64,000 bases of DNA from a virus (Duplodnaviria; Caudoviricetes). Positions 17,719-26,842 of the stretch are shown here, piece after piece (positions within the stretch are counted from its first letter, which is position 1; each line of letters starts with the position of its first letter). Under the pieces are notes generated by a model that did not search any database, was not told where the DNA came from, and saw only the letters and a program-made list of their open reading frames with translations. The stretch spans positions 1 through 64,000 of IMG/VR virus record IMGVR_UViG_3300044556_000025. One strand, written 5' to 3'. The position numbers and the translations under genes are program-made.

Positions 17719-18741
17719 TTGTTGATGAAACAGGGCTGGGACGTTCCATTTAGATACGTATTTTCTGGCAGTCTAACAAACAAAATGCACGATATGTTGT
17801 TAGACACTAAAGACTTCGAGCCTATCGACATGCTCGTGGCCTGTCACGAGACCTCCGCTATTAAGCAAGTAACTCAGTGGCGCAAAGAAGGCTTCTGCCG
17901 CTGGCTATTCTGCGATTCTGGGGCGTTCAGTGTTCATACAGGCAAGAAAAACATCTCTCAAGAGGATTACATACAATTTATCAACGAGAATAACGACAAC
18001 TTCGATATTTTCGCTCAGTTGGATACAATCCCTGGAAAATACAAACAACCGAAGAACCCCGAAGACTATGTAGAGTCTGCAGATAAGTCTTGGGAAAACT
18101 TCTTGTATATGCGAGAGCACGTCAAAGACAAGAAAAAGATAATGCCCGTATATCACTTCGGCGAAGATACAAAGTATTTAGAGAGGATGCTCGAATACGT
18201 AGACGCTGACGGAGATCATCTAGACTATATCGGACTTTCTCCTGCTAACGACGCATCCGTAGACGCTCGTATGAATTATCTTGACGACATGTATAAAATA
18301 ATTGCAAAGTCGTCAAACCCAAACGTAAAGACGCACGTATACGGTTTCACTAGTCTTACTGCTATGTCAAAGTTCCCATGTTATAGCGCAGACTCTATTT
18401 CACATAGGCTAGTGTCTGGGTACAACAAGATCTATACCGAAAACTTTGGAATCATTTCTCTTTCTAAGCTCCCTAGGTCTTCTAAGACGAAGTCTAACCT
18501 GAGCTTCTTGGAGTCCGCAGACGAATATAATCTTTCAATCCTTCGATCTGAGATCGAGGGTTATGGAATGAATGTAGACTTTGCAAAGAAATATGGGTTT
18601 GAAGGATACGACATTCTAGATTATTTGTCAGAGTGCAACGACGCACGTGTTACGTTTAACGTTCGATCTATACAGCACCTTGCGTACACGAAATATCAGT
18701 ATTACGAAAACAATATTGTCCGCAACAGAAAGCTATTCTAG
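17719..18741 (+). CDS. TGT-fold base-exchange enzyme (DpdA-like)
   Basis: DSGAFS, QLDTIP, PVYH, YIGL, HVYG, YSADS. Confidence 0.78.
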   Translation: MLMKQGWDVPFRYVFSGSLTNKMHDMLLDTKDFEPIDMLVACHETSAIKQVTQWRKEGFCRWLFCDSGAFSVHTGKKNISQEDYIQFINENNDNFDIFAQLDTIPGKYKQPKNPEDYVESADKSWENFLYMREHVKDKKKIMPVYHFGEDTKYLERMLEYVDADGDHLDYIGLSPANDASVDARMNYLDDMYKIIAKSSNPNVKTHVYGFTSLTAMSKFPCYSADSISHRLVSGYNKIYTENFGIISLSKLPRSSKTKSNLSFLESADEYNLSILRSEIEGYGMNVDFAKKYGFEGYDILDYLSECNDARVTFNVRSIQHLAYTKYQYYENNIVRNRKLF

Positions 18742-18742
18742 T

Positions 18743-18997
18743 ATGGATGCTAATATGGATGACGTAACGTGGGTCCCGGTTAAGGGATACGAAGGGCTTT
18801 ACGAAGTTTCGAGTGACAGACAAGTTCGACTTGTTCCTCGAGATGTACTAGACAGCAATGGCAACGCACTTTATCATATACCTGAAAAAGACATACCCGT
18901 TAGGTGCCATACGTCTTCTAACCCATACGTAGTTCTTTACAAAGACGGGAAATCCGAAGTTAAATATATTTCTGAAATTCAAAAAGAGTCTTTCTAG
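18743..18997 (+). CDS. NUMOD4-only protein (no HNH)
   Basis: WVPVKGYEGLYEVSS..VR. Confidence 0.75.
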   Translation: MDANMDDVTWVPVKGYEGLYEVSSDRQVRLVPRDVLDSNGNALYHIPEKDIPVRCHTSSNPYVVLYKDGKSEVKYISEIQKESF

Positions 18998-19081
18998 AAA
19001 CGCGCTAAAATCAAGGTACTGGACTACCACCAGTACCTTGTATTTTTGGTGAAGACAAATCTCTAATGCGAGGTATATAAT

Positions 19082-19804
19082 ATGGCTGATGAAATGTCTA
19101 CAACAGACGCGCTTCTTACTACAATATCTAGTGACGTGAAGACTGCTATTACAGATATAAATAGCAACGGCACTAAGATAGACGAATTAAAGACTAGTGC
19201 AGACACAAGTTTATCAAATATATTAACGCAAGAACAAGGAATACGTTCAACGCTAGATAATAAAGATAGCGGTCTTGCTCAAGTGTACTTGAACACAAAA
19301 GATATGCGATCAACTCTGCTCGAGCTAGACACTAAGACAGTTTCTGAAGACAAGTTTGATAGTCAATTAGCTCAAGTTATTAGCGGTATACAAACCTTGA
19401 CGAATGTAGTTAATTCTAACTTTGATACGTCTAATAAAAAATTAGACATCTTAGAAGCTAGCTTGACTTCTACTAACCAGAAGGTAGATTCTCTAAAATC
19501 TTCTGTAGATGAGTCTAACGTCCAACTTTCTAATCTAAACACTACACTTTCTAAAGTTCTAGTTGAAGTGGCCAAGCTCTTAGGCGATGACGAAACTATT
19601 TCTGACACTTCTACAAAAACTGAAGACCAGATAAGTAAAGCTCAAGCAGAATACTCAATAAATCAAGCTAAAGCTTCTAGCTCGAAGTCATTCTATTGGA
19701 ATCACAAAATGACAGAATCTGCTAAAGCGACGTTCGATTCGGCAGGCTGCACAATAACTCAGCCCGATAGCCTTGGCGGTCAGTATCTGATTACTATGAA
19801 ATAG
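19082..19804 (+). CDS. Coiled-coil hypothetical protein
   Basis: GAGG RBS; heptad-rich. Confidence 0.75.
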   Translation: MADEMSTTDALLTTISSDVKTAITDINSNGTKIDELKTSADTSLSNILTQEQGIRSTLDNKDSGLAQVYLNTKDMRSTLLELDTKTVSEDKFDSQLAQVISGIQTLTNVVNSNFDTSNKKLDILEASLTSTNQKVDSLKSSVDESNVQLSNLNTTLSKVLVEVAKLLGDDETISDTSTKTEDQISKAQAEYSINQAKASSSKSFYWNHKMTESAKATFDSAGCTITQPDSLGGQYLITMK

Positions 19805-19813
19805 GCAAATGAT

Positions 19814-20290
19814 ATGAATGAAAATGTTATCATAGACAGTTCGTTCGATTCTCGGGTATGGTCGCCTAAGCTTATAAGCTTAGATTACAATCAGAATAAA
19901 ACTATTCATATACGGCTATGGTCAGACGAAGATATCAACGACATAGACGTAACTCAATTCCGCTTGTTCAAAATAACAAACGTCTTGAGTAACGAGATAG
20001 TATCTCGATTCGACTACAACGATGACAGACCTCTTTGGGTAGACATACCTATGTGCGAACTCGATACAGCTATCGGACTCCACGAGTACTCAATCGAGCT
20101 TATTAATAATATAACCGGTGACAGTATATATCGTTACTTCAGTTATACTATTCAACGAGTAAACCCTAAGCCGTCTTACATATACGTCGATAAGACGGGT
20201 AGAGAAGACAAAACGATCAGCGAAGCTGATTCTAACTACGAAGGTCAAGCTATTTCGAACGAAACAATTGACATTATAATGGGCGGGTAG
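19814..20290 (+). CDS. Hypothetical protein
   Basis: ORF within an operon. Confidence 0.7.
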   Translation: MNENVIIDSSFDSRVWSPKLISLDYNQNKTIHIRLWSDEDINDIDVTQFRLFKITNVLSNEIVSRFDYNDDRPLWVDIPMCELDTAIGLHEYSIELINNITGDSIYRYFSYTIQRVNPKPSYIYVDKTGREDKTISEADSNYEGQAISNETIDIIMGG

Positions 20291-20294
20291 TGAT

Positions 20295-21071
20295 ATGATG
20301 AATCCTATATTGACGTCAAAGATGTTTTTAGGCAGCTCTCACAAAGACAAAATTTTGTCAGCGTTAGCTGACCCTATAAATAAGCCTTTAGTAGAACAGC
20401 TAAAGTCTTACGCTGTTATAGATCCTGATAATGTAGTAAGAAAAGATTCCGACACTTCAAAACACGAAGATTCGTCATTGTCTAGCAAATCATCGGACAA
20501 TAACAATTCTAGAAATTCGTCTCACAGTGAACAAGAATCTGACAATTCAGCTAATTCAATTTCTAGAGAAGAACACTCTCGTAATTCGTTTAAACACACG
20601 CCTCAAGATGCTCCCGAACCTCTTAAAGACGATAAGCTTAAGGAAGATCGTCCCGATGAAGACAATATAGGTGAATCTGAGCATGAAGCCGGTGATTCAA
20701 ATACCTCGTCTGGGGAAAGCGAAGACGTTGACAACAAAAATTCGAATACCTCTGACAATAACAAAGTAGAATCGTCTGTCAACGTATCAAGTTCAATAAC
20801 AATCGAACAAGCTATGCGTGATGCGACAAAAATAATGTCTGCTTTAAATCTGGATGAAGAAACAAAAGGCGTAGATCATTTCGAACACGTATATACTCCG
20901 AGTGGCAGTGAAATATGGATATACTACGATAAGAAAGTAGATATTTCTCCTGTACTCGACAAAATCGTTAACTATCTACAATCGGCTGGCTACTATTATC
21001 TCGAGTTTGTTCGAATAGACAGAGACAAGAACGCAGTCGTATTTAAAATTAATTGGTCTTCTATTCGATAG
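20295..21071 (+). CDS. Hypothetical protein with an acidic/Ser-Asn disordered linker
   Basis: ORF within an operon. Confidence 0.7.
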   Translation: MMNPILTSKMFLGSSHKDKILSALADPINKPLVEQLKSYAVIDPDNVVRKDSDTSKHEDSSLSSKSSDNNNSRNSSHSEQESDNSANSISREEHSRNSFKHTPQDAPEPLKDDKLKEDRPDEDNIGESEHEAGDSNTSSGESEDVDNKNSNTSDNNKVESSVNVSSSITIEQAMRDATKIMSALNLDEETKGVDHFEHVYTPSGSEIWIYYDKKVDISPVLDKIVNYLQSAGYYYLEFVRIDRDKNAVVFKINWSSIR

Positions 21072-21421
21072 TAGAAAGAAAAGTATTGGCAAAGCCTAAC
21101 TCTAAGCTTCCGCTTACAGAAGAAATAAACTTTCAATATGTACTGAGCCTTATGCGACCTCTACACGACGTAGACGAATTCGCTTGGCTTCCAGAGCTTT
21201 TCGTACTTATCGGACACGAAAAGCTCATTGACTTGTGTAGATATTGTGGCGGGGAGACGTTAGCTATTCCTACGTTAGATCAATTGTCTGACAGCATAGA
21301 CGTACTAGAGTGGTACTATAAGATAAATATGAGTCATACCGCTAATGTCGAAGATATACCTGAAAACTTAATGCCTTTATACGAAAAGATATGCGACGTA
21401 TACGAAGAGCTTGATGACTAA
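21053..21421 (+). CDS. Mor-like hypothetical protein
   Basis: LIGHEKLIDLCRYCGGETLAIP resembles the Mor/Mu-C motif. Confidence 0.5.
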   Translation: MVFYSIVERKVLAKPNSKLPLTEEINFQYVLSLMRPLHDVDEFAWLPELFVLIGHEKLIDLCRYCGGETLAIPTLDQLSDSIDVLEWYYKINMSHTANVEDIPENLMPLYEKICDVYEELDD

Positions 21422-21626
21422 GATGTTCGAAACCATACGTTCGTATATAGACAAAACAAACGGTAGGACCTTCAATTCTTTGTACATTGACTATCTAGCC
21501 GAAGTCGAGAGTAGGAGTGTTCTTCTCGAGATGAAGTATCTCCGAACGCACAATCGGCTAGACGTATTAAAGCTTGATTCGCTCATAGAGAAAGACTTCG
21601 ACAGGATATTAGATGATTACGTCTAA
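21411..21626 (+). CDS. Hypothetical protein
   Basis: Translationally coupled ORF. Confidence 0.6.
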   Translation: MMTKMFETIRSYIDKTNGRTFNSLYIDYLAEVESRSVLLEMKYLRTHNRLDVLKLDSLIEKDFDRILDDYV

Positions 21627-21909
21627 ACAGATACAGAACTCTTATAACGATCTGTACGAGTGCATACACGAGTATATATGGCCGTTTGAGTTTGTTAACG
21701 ACTTAGCAAATTTAGAAGTTTCTGTTTATAATACGTTCCCTAACGTTAAAGAAGTTCGAGGCAACTTCGACAAAGTAGCTTCTAGCTGCCAAAAATATCA
21801 GAAGGTCAAAGATGACAAAGATCTCAATAAAAGCCTTTCATCTATGAAGGATCTGATATACTCTGATGACACAATCTATGCTAAGCTTAATAACCGAATT
21901 TCTGAATAG
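21613..21909 (+). CDS. Hypothetical protein
   Basis: Translationally coupled ORF. Confidence 0.6.
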   Translation: MITSKQIQNSYNDLYECIHEYIWPFEFVNDLANLEVSVYNTFPNVKEVRGNFDKVASSCQKYQKVKDDKDLNKSLSSMKDLIYSDDTIYAKLNNRISE

Positions 21910-21921
21910 GCGGATTAACTG

Positions 21922-22188
21922 ATGAAAGTATCTAAACATCTTGTTCGAAACCAAAAGTGCCAAAAAGACGTAGAAGAAAACGTAGACGGTTGCAACGTTT
22001 CTTCGTGCGACGACGTTATGTTCGATGATATGTCGTTCGAAGGTACGCAGTGTCAAGACGACTCTAAACAATGTGCGTGTGCTTTAATTCTCGAAGCTAT
22101 TAAGAAGCTGTCAGAGTGCGCCGAGAGTGACGATCAATGCCGCCAGTCAATCGCAGACCTTTCGGTGGTACTATTAGATCTTAAATAG
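21922..22188 (+). CDS. Cys-rich hypothetical protein
   Basis: ORF within an operon. Confidence 0.6.
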   Translation: MKVSKHLVRNQKCQKDVEENVDGCNVSSCDDVMFDDMSFEGTQCQDDSKQCACALILEAIKKLSECAESDDQCRQSIADLSVVLLDLK

Positions 22189-22215
22189 AATTATTTTCTT
22201 AAAAGGATTTAACAT

Positions 22216-22743
22216 ATGACTTATTCCAAAACTGTTGGTTCGAGTCAATCAAGCTCAGACTTAGATTCGTTACGTCATGAATCTATAGAGAGAATGAAAC
22301 TTGCTTTATTGTCAGCTAGCTTGGACAACCCGACGTCTGCGGCTTCTGCAATAAGGCAAGTTACTATTATGCGTGTATATCATCAAGTAACACGTATAGT
22401 CGAATATCTAGACTTGATGGATACCTTAGAGACTAATCTATATAGGTCTATCAGACTTGAAATGGATGATATTGGATCTGACGAGTCTAATTTAAAAACA
22501 ATAACAAAGCTTCTTACAATACAAGAGAAGCTACAAAAGTCGATTATCGAATCGAACAAACTACTTCAGCCGTTTGTCGAGTCAGACAATATGCCAATGT
22601 TCAACGAAATAGAAGCAAACGCAGAAGTATTAAGCGATGACGAAAAACTACTACCTTCAGAAGATCGATCAAAGCTTAGAGAGAACGCAAACGAAATCCT
22701 CAAAGAGCTCAAAGCTATCGACAACGAGTCTTCCAAGGGGTAG
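22216..22743 (+). CDS. Helical protein, possible terminase small subunit
   Basis: Position immediately before TerL; size. Confidence 0.4.
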   Translation: MTYSKTVGSSQSSSDLDSLRHESIERMKLALLSASLDNPTSAASAIRQVTIMRVYHQVTRIVEYLDLMDTLETNLYRSIRLEMDDIGSDESNLKTITKLLTIQEKLQKSIIESNKLLQPFVESDNMPMFNEIEANAEVLSDDEKLLPSEDRSKLRENANEILKELKAIDNESSKG

Positions 22744-22748
22744 AATAT

Positions 22749-23678
22749 ATGAGCGACAACGAAGAAAATATCGATTACAACGACGTCATAAATCGCATAA
22801 AGAAGATATACGCAGAGTGCCAGCCTTCTGATAAAGTAATACTCAAAAAGATACTTCAAGAAATATCTGATACTGGGTACTCTGACACGTACAAAAATCT
22901 TTGGCTTGCAGATTATAAGGAGATTCCCGTTGACAAATATACGTTCTTGACTGACCCGTACTACCTCGGCGGTACAAACAACAACGGAAAATCCATCTAC
23001 CCCGCATGGATGAATACAATGTTGGAACTCGAGCGAACCGGCAACAAGTACTACGAAATAGTGTTTACTGGTGCAACTCGTACAGGTAAAACGTCAACGG
23101 CTGTATCTGACTGTGCATACAACCTATATAAGCTTATGTGTCTAAAAGACCCACAGAAGTACTTCGGTCTGAAGTCTGTAACAACAATATCTATATTTTT
23201 CTTCAACTTGACGGAAGCTTTAGCTAAAGGCGTAGCTTATAGGGAGTTTAATTCTACGCTGTCTTTGAGCCCTTGGTTCATGGATCACGGTAAAATGTCT
23301 AATAGCACAGTAGTCCCTACATATCTCCCAGATAACAATTTAATAAGGATAGAATTTGGATCTGGCGCAAGTCAGGCGTTAGGAAAAGCCACGTACTGCA
23401 TTGTAGGGTCCACAGAAATTCTAACAGATACAGGATATAAACAAATTAAAGATCTAGTGGGCAAAGACATTAAAGTTGGACAGTATACTCCTGATGGCGA
23501 ATTAATATTTGTACCTGCTTGCGCAATATTTACTAAATATGCAGTGGATACGATTCAAGTGGAATTAGAAGACGGAACAATTATTGAAGGAACACCAGAT
23601 CATAAAGTTCTTCTAACTACAGGTAACTACAAAGCGCTTCAAGATTTAGATATTGATGATGAAATTCAAACTACTTAA
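22749..23678 (+). CDS. terL: Terminase large subunit N-part + split intein N (IntN 23397-23675, 93 aa)
   Basis: FLTDPYYLG, Walker A GATRTGKT, then CIVGSTEILTDTG..EGTPDHKV..*. Confidence 0.9.
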   Translation: MSDNEENIDYNDVINRIKKIYAECQPSDKVILKKILQEISDTGYSDTYKNLWLADYKEIPVDKYTFLTDPYYLGGTNNNGKSIYPAWMNTMLELERTGNKYYEIVFTGATRTGKTSTAVSDCAYNLYKLMCLKDPQKYFGLKSVTTISIFFFNLTEALAKGVAYREFNSTLSLSPWFMDHGKMSNSTVVPTYLPDNNLIRIEFGSGASQALGKATYCIVGSTEILTDTGYKQIKDLVGKDIKVGQYTPDGELIFVPACAIFTKYAVDTIQVELEDGTIIEGTPDHKVLLTTGNYKALQDLDIDDEIQTT

Positions 23679-23808
23679 ATTTACACGGATATCCAAAAAT
23701 TGTAGCCTCTATAATAACATGTTTATATATATAAAGGGATTCAGAAATTCAAAACAGTATGCGTCATTAGATAGAAAAATAATTAGAAAAGATATTGATG
23801 AAAATTAA
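23656..23808 (+). CDS. 50-aa basic ORF bridging the split-intein halves (possible endonuclease remnant)
   Basis: MMKFKLLKF...RKDIDEN* is open and overlaps both the IntN stop and the IntC start. Confidence 0.45.
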   Translation: MMKFKLLKFTRISKNCSLYNNMFIYIKGFRNSKQYASLDRKIIRKDIDEN

Positions 23809-25219
23809 ATCAATTAAACATATAAAACATTCTGAAAGTGTCCCTGTATACGACATTATAAATGCTGATCCATACAATAATTTTGTAGTTAAAGGGCAAA
23901 GTAGCGATGTAGTGCTTCACAACTGCGTTGTGTTCGACGAAGTAAACTTTTCGCAAACAGGCATACGAGACATTAACAAGTCAAAAGCTCGAATGAAAGA
24001 GAAGTACGATACTTTAGTTGCTCGTGTTACTGGCACGTTTGTTAGAAACGGAGAAGTGTTCGGCAAAATATACGTAATTTCTTCTAAGAACTCAGACTCT
24101 GACTTCATGGAAGAGTACGTTCAGAAACAGAAGCGTGCACATAACGAGCATATGTATATATTCGACAAGCCACAATGGGAAGTGTGGCCAAAGTCTAAAT
24201 ATTCGTCTGACAAGATGTTTTACATTGCTTTGGGCGGTAAGAAGTTGAAGAGTTTTGTAGTACCTGACAGTGAGACAGACGAAGGGTTAGAAGAGCTGAA
24301 GTCTCAAGGTTACAAGCTTCTCAAAGTACCCGAGGACAACAAAACTCGATTCTTGACAGACTTTGACATAGCTCTTCGCGACATTGCAGGGATTTCTGTA
24401 CCAGGAACACTTTCGTTCTTTACGCTAGACACAATAAGGCAGTGTACTGGAAGCCGTCAAAACCCGTTCTACAACGATATTCTTCAGATAGGTGTAAACG
24501 ACAACGAGTCAATAGAAGAGTTCTTTCATATAAACGAAGTTAGCAAAGAAGCTAAGAGAAACCCGTCTTTCATACATCTCGACTTGTCGCTAAACACAGA
24601 CAAAACGGGCATCTCAATGGTTTCAATAACTGGGCGGACAGACGTTAAGTCTGGAGATTCAACAATATCTGTTCCTACGTTCGAACACGTATTTTCGGTA
24701 TCACTAGAAGCCCCTCGAGGAGACAAGATACCATATGACAAGATATTAGCTTTCATATGTTGGCTTAGAGCGCAACACTTTAACATCGCTAAAGTAACTC
24801 GAGATCAATTTCAGTCAGAGTATATGGGTCAGCTACTCGAAGCTAGAGGGTTCGATTCGCCTAAAATCTCGCTAGATAGAACTCCCGACGGGTACATGTC
24901 TTTACGTCAAGTTATGCTGGAGCATCGCATAGACATGCTACACGATCAATTACTAGAAGACGAGTTAATCCAGCTACAACGAGACACGGTATCTGGTAAG
25001 CTAGATCACCCTGTGGGCGGATCTAAGGATACGGCAGATTCGTTTGCCGGAGCAGTTTGGGACGCAATTTTATATGACCCAGGAATTAAACTCGATACAA
25101 ACACTACAATTAAAGCTATGAAGTCTGTAAACTCTGTTAATAGGGGGATAGGAGGGAGGAACGTAAACAGCGTAAATAATTTGTTCTTCGGTAACCAATT
25201 TAGAAATTTTGGAAAGTAG
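23795..25219 (+). CDS. terL: Split intein C (23798-23923, 42 aa) + terminase large subunit C-part
   Basis: MKIKSIKH..VYDI..VLHN|CVVFDE (Walker B); nuclease motifs HLDLS, DQFQS, DHP..SKDTAD. Confidence 0.9.
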   Translation: MMKIKSIKHIKHSESVPVYDIINADPYNNFVVKGQSSDVVLHNCVVFDEVNFSQTGIRDINKSKARMKEKYDTLVARVTGTFVRNGEVFGKIYVISSKNSDSDFMEEYVQKQKRAHNEHMYIFDKPQWEVWPKSKYSSDKMFYIALGGKKLKSFVVPDSETDEGLEELKSQGYKLLKVPEDNKTRFLTDFDIALRDIAGISVPGTLSFFTLDTIRQCTGSRQNPFYNDILQIGVNDNESIEEFFHINEVSKEAKRNPSFIHLDLSLNTDKTGISMVSITGRTDVKSGDSTISVPTFEHVFSVSLEAPRGDKIPYDKILAFICWLRAQHFNIAKVTRDQFQSEYMGQLLEARGFDSPKISLDRTPDGYMSLRQVMLEHRIDMLHDQLLEDELIQLQRDTVSGKLDHPVGGSKDTADSFAGAVWDAILYDPGIKLDTNTTIKAMKSVNSVNRGIGGRNVNSVNNLFFGNQFRNFGK

Positions 25220-25226
25220 GAGAGAC

Positions 25227-26840
25227 ATGAGTAATTTAAGAAACTTTCTTAAAGCTGGATCGTTTGTAGAAGTAGTACCTATTGGGGTTCCGCTAGTTGC
25301 AAAGTATCGACCCGAAGGATCTTTTCAGTCTGTTTACTGCCCAGGCCCAGGTCAAACTTACGTAAAAGACTTAGCTGAGATTGTTACATACGATGCAAGC
25401 GTCAATACGGTTTTTGATTCTAGTAAATTTGTTTCAATACTTACGTCAAAGCACCTTATTCCTTCACACGTTAACACTCAAGGCGGAAGCTTAAGCGTTT
25501 TAGGTATGCTCGTTACGTCCTCTATTTATCCTGAGGACGGAGAGATTCCGAAATCGCTTATTGAACAATCTTACAAGCTTTCGTCAACTAAGGCTGATTT
25601 CAAGTTTTTAGCTATAGACGCTTCGTCTAATAACGTTACGTTCGGTAGCGGGATATATGTAAAGAACTGGCTCAAGCTACAATCGTTCGAAACATGCCCT
25701 TCACACATAGTCCCTATCTCTAGCCAATCTTCTATCATTAGTCAATTCTACAGCACTACGGAATATGCAAGTATTCCAATTTACGGATATTATCAAATTG
25801 ACGGGAATATGAATCGATCTTGGTTCGGGAATATGTATCATATCGATACCATCACCGACATGGAGTCTAATTTAGACGCATCTGGTTATCTGCACGAAAC
25901 AATAACTACTCGAAATCACGCGTTGACTGACAGTTATTATCGCTCACACGTAGTATTGAATCTTCACAAGAAAGATAGAGTTATAATAGATGAGTCCAAT
26001 AATAATATAGTGTCTAAATACTATTCTTCTTCAAAATTGATAAACTCTAGTAAGTTTACTTGCAATTGGTGCGGCAAAGAATACGAGATCACAGATGACT
26101 TCACAGTTTGCACTAACCCAAATTGTATGTCTCATAAGTATCCAGATATTGAATATTTCTTGAATCGTATCGGTCTAGAAGATCTTCCTTACGAAAGCTA
26201 CAAAGAGCTCGTAATTTCGAACAAGCTCAAGAAAGTTTCAGATATTGTTAGTTTGTACCCATATTGTGATGAAAAAGTAATGACAACTATTTACGGGTTA
26301 GTCGATGCACTTATTCCAATTTCTGAAGTACGTGGGAATAACAGATCTTCGTTGTCATCCCTTTGCAACGCATGTAACAATAATCCGAAGTCAGTAATTT
26401 ACTATCTTAGTAACACAGACGAAGCTATCAAAGACTTAGGGATAGATCTTTCACCATTTAAACGCTGGCTGTCAAACTCTGTAAATCTTAAAGAGCTTAA
26501 AGAACTATGTGAAGCCGATAACGTAACGCTTCAAGAGTTTGAAACTGATAGAAACTTGGCCCCGATTTTTAGAGGCAAGAAAATTTATATAACTGGCCAA
26601 TTCTCTCATGGTTCTGAATCTCAAATTAAGTCCATACTTAATAGCTACAGTGCAGAAGTTATAGACGTATTTGACAATAGCTGCGACTTAGTTCTAGTAG
26701 GCGACATCAAAGACAGCATTGACGGCAGGTCTATACTTTCCGCTAAAGGGCTAGGTATTCCTGTAGAGGAAGAGTCATATTTCTTTTCCTTATATCAGAT
26801 AGATGATGATCTAAATTCAATGCCTGGTAAGGTGGGTTAA
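25227..26840 (+). CDS. Inactive NAD-ligase (LigA)-like protein with Zn finger and BRCT
   Basis: CNWCG..CTNPNC; BRCT FRGKKIYITG..DLVLVG; KxDG replaced by VPIG. Confidence 0.7.
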   Translation: MSNLRNFLKAGSFVEVVPIGVPLVAKYRPEGSFQSVYCPGPGQTYVKDLAEIVTYDASVNTVFDSSKFVSILTSKHLIPSHVNTQGGSLSVLGMLVTSSIYPEDGEIPKSLIEQSYKLSSTKADFKFLAIDASSNNVTFGSGIYVKNWLKLQSFETCPSHIVPISSQSSIISQFYSTTEYASIPIYGYYQIDGNMNRSWFGNMYHIDTITDMESNLDASGYLHETITTRNHALTDSYYRSHVVLNLHKKDRVIIDESNNNIVSKYYSSSKLINSSKFTCNWCGKEYEITDDFTVCTNPNCMSHKYPDIEYFLNRIGLEDLPYESYKELVISNKLKKVSDIVSLYPYCDEKVMTTIYGLVDALIPISEVRGNNRSSLSSLCNACNNNPKSVIYYLSNTDEAIKDLGIDLSPFKRWLSNSVNLKELKELCEADNVTLQEFETDRNLAPIFRGKKIYITGQFSHGSESQIKSILNSYSAEVIDVFDNSCDLVLVGDIKDSIDGRSILSAKGLGIPVEEESYFFSLYQIDDDLNSMPGKVG

Positions 26841-26842
26841 TA

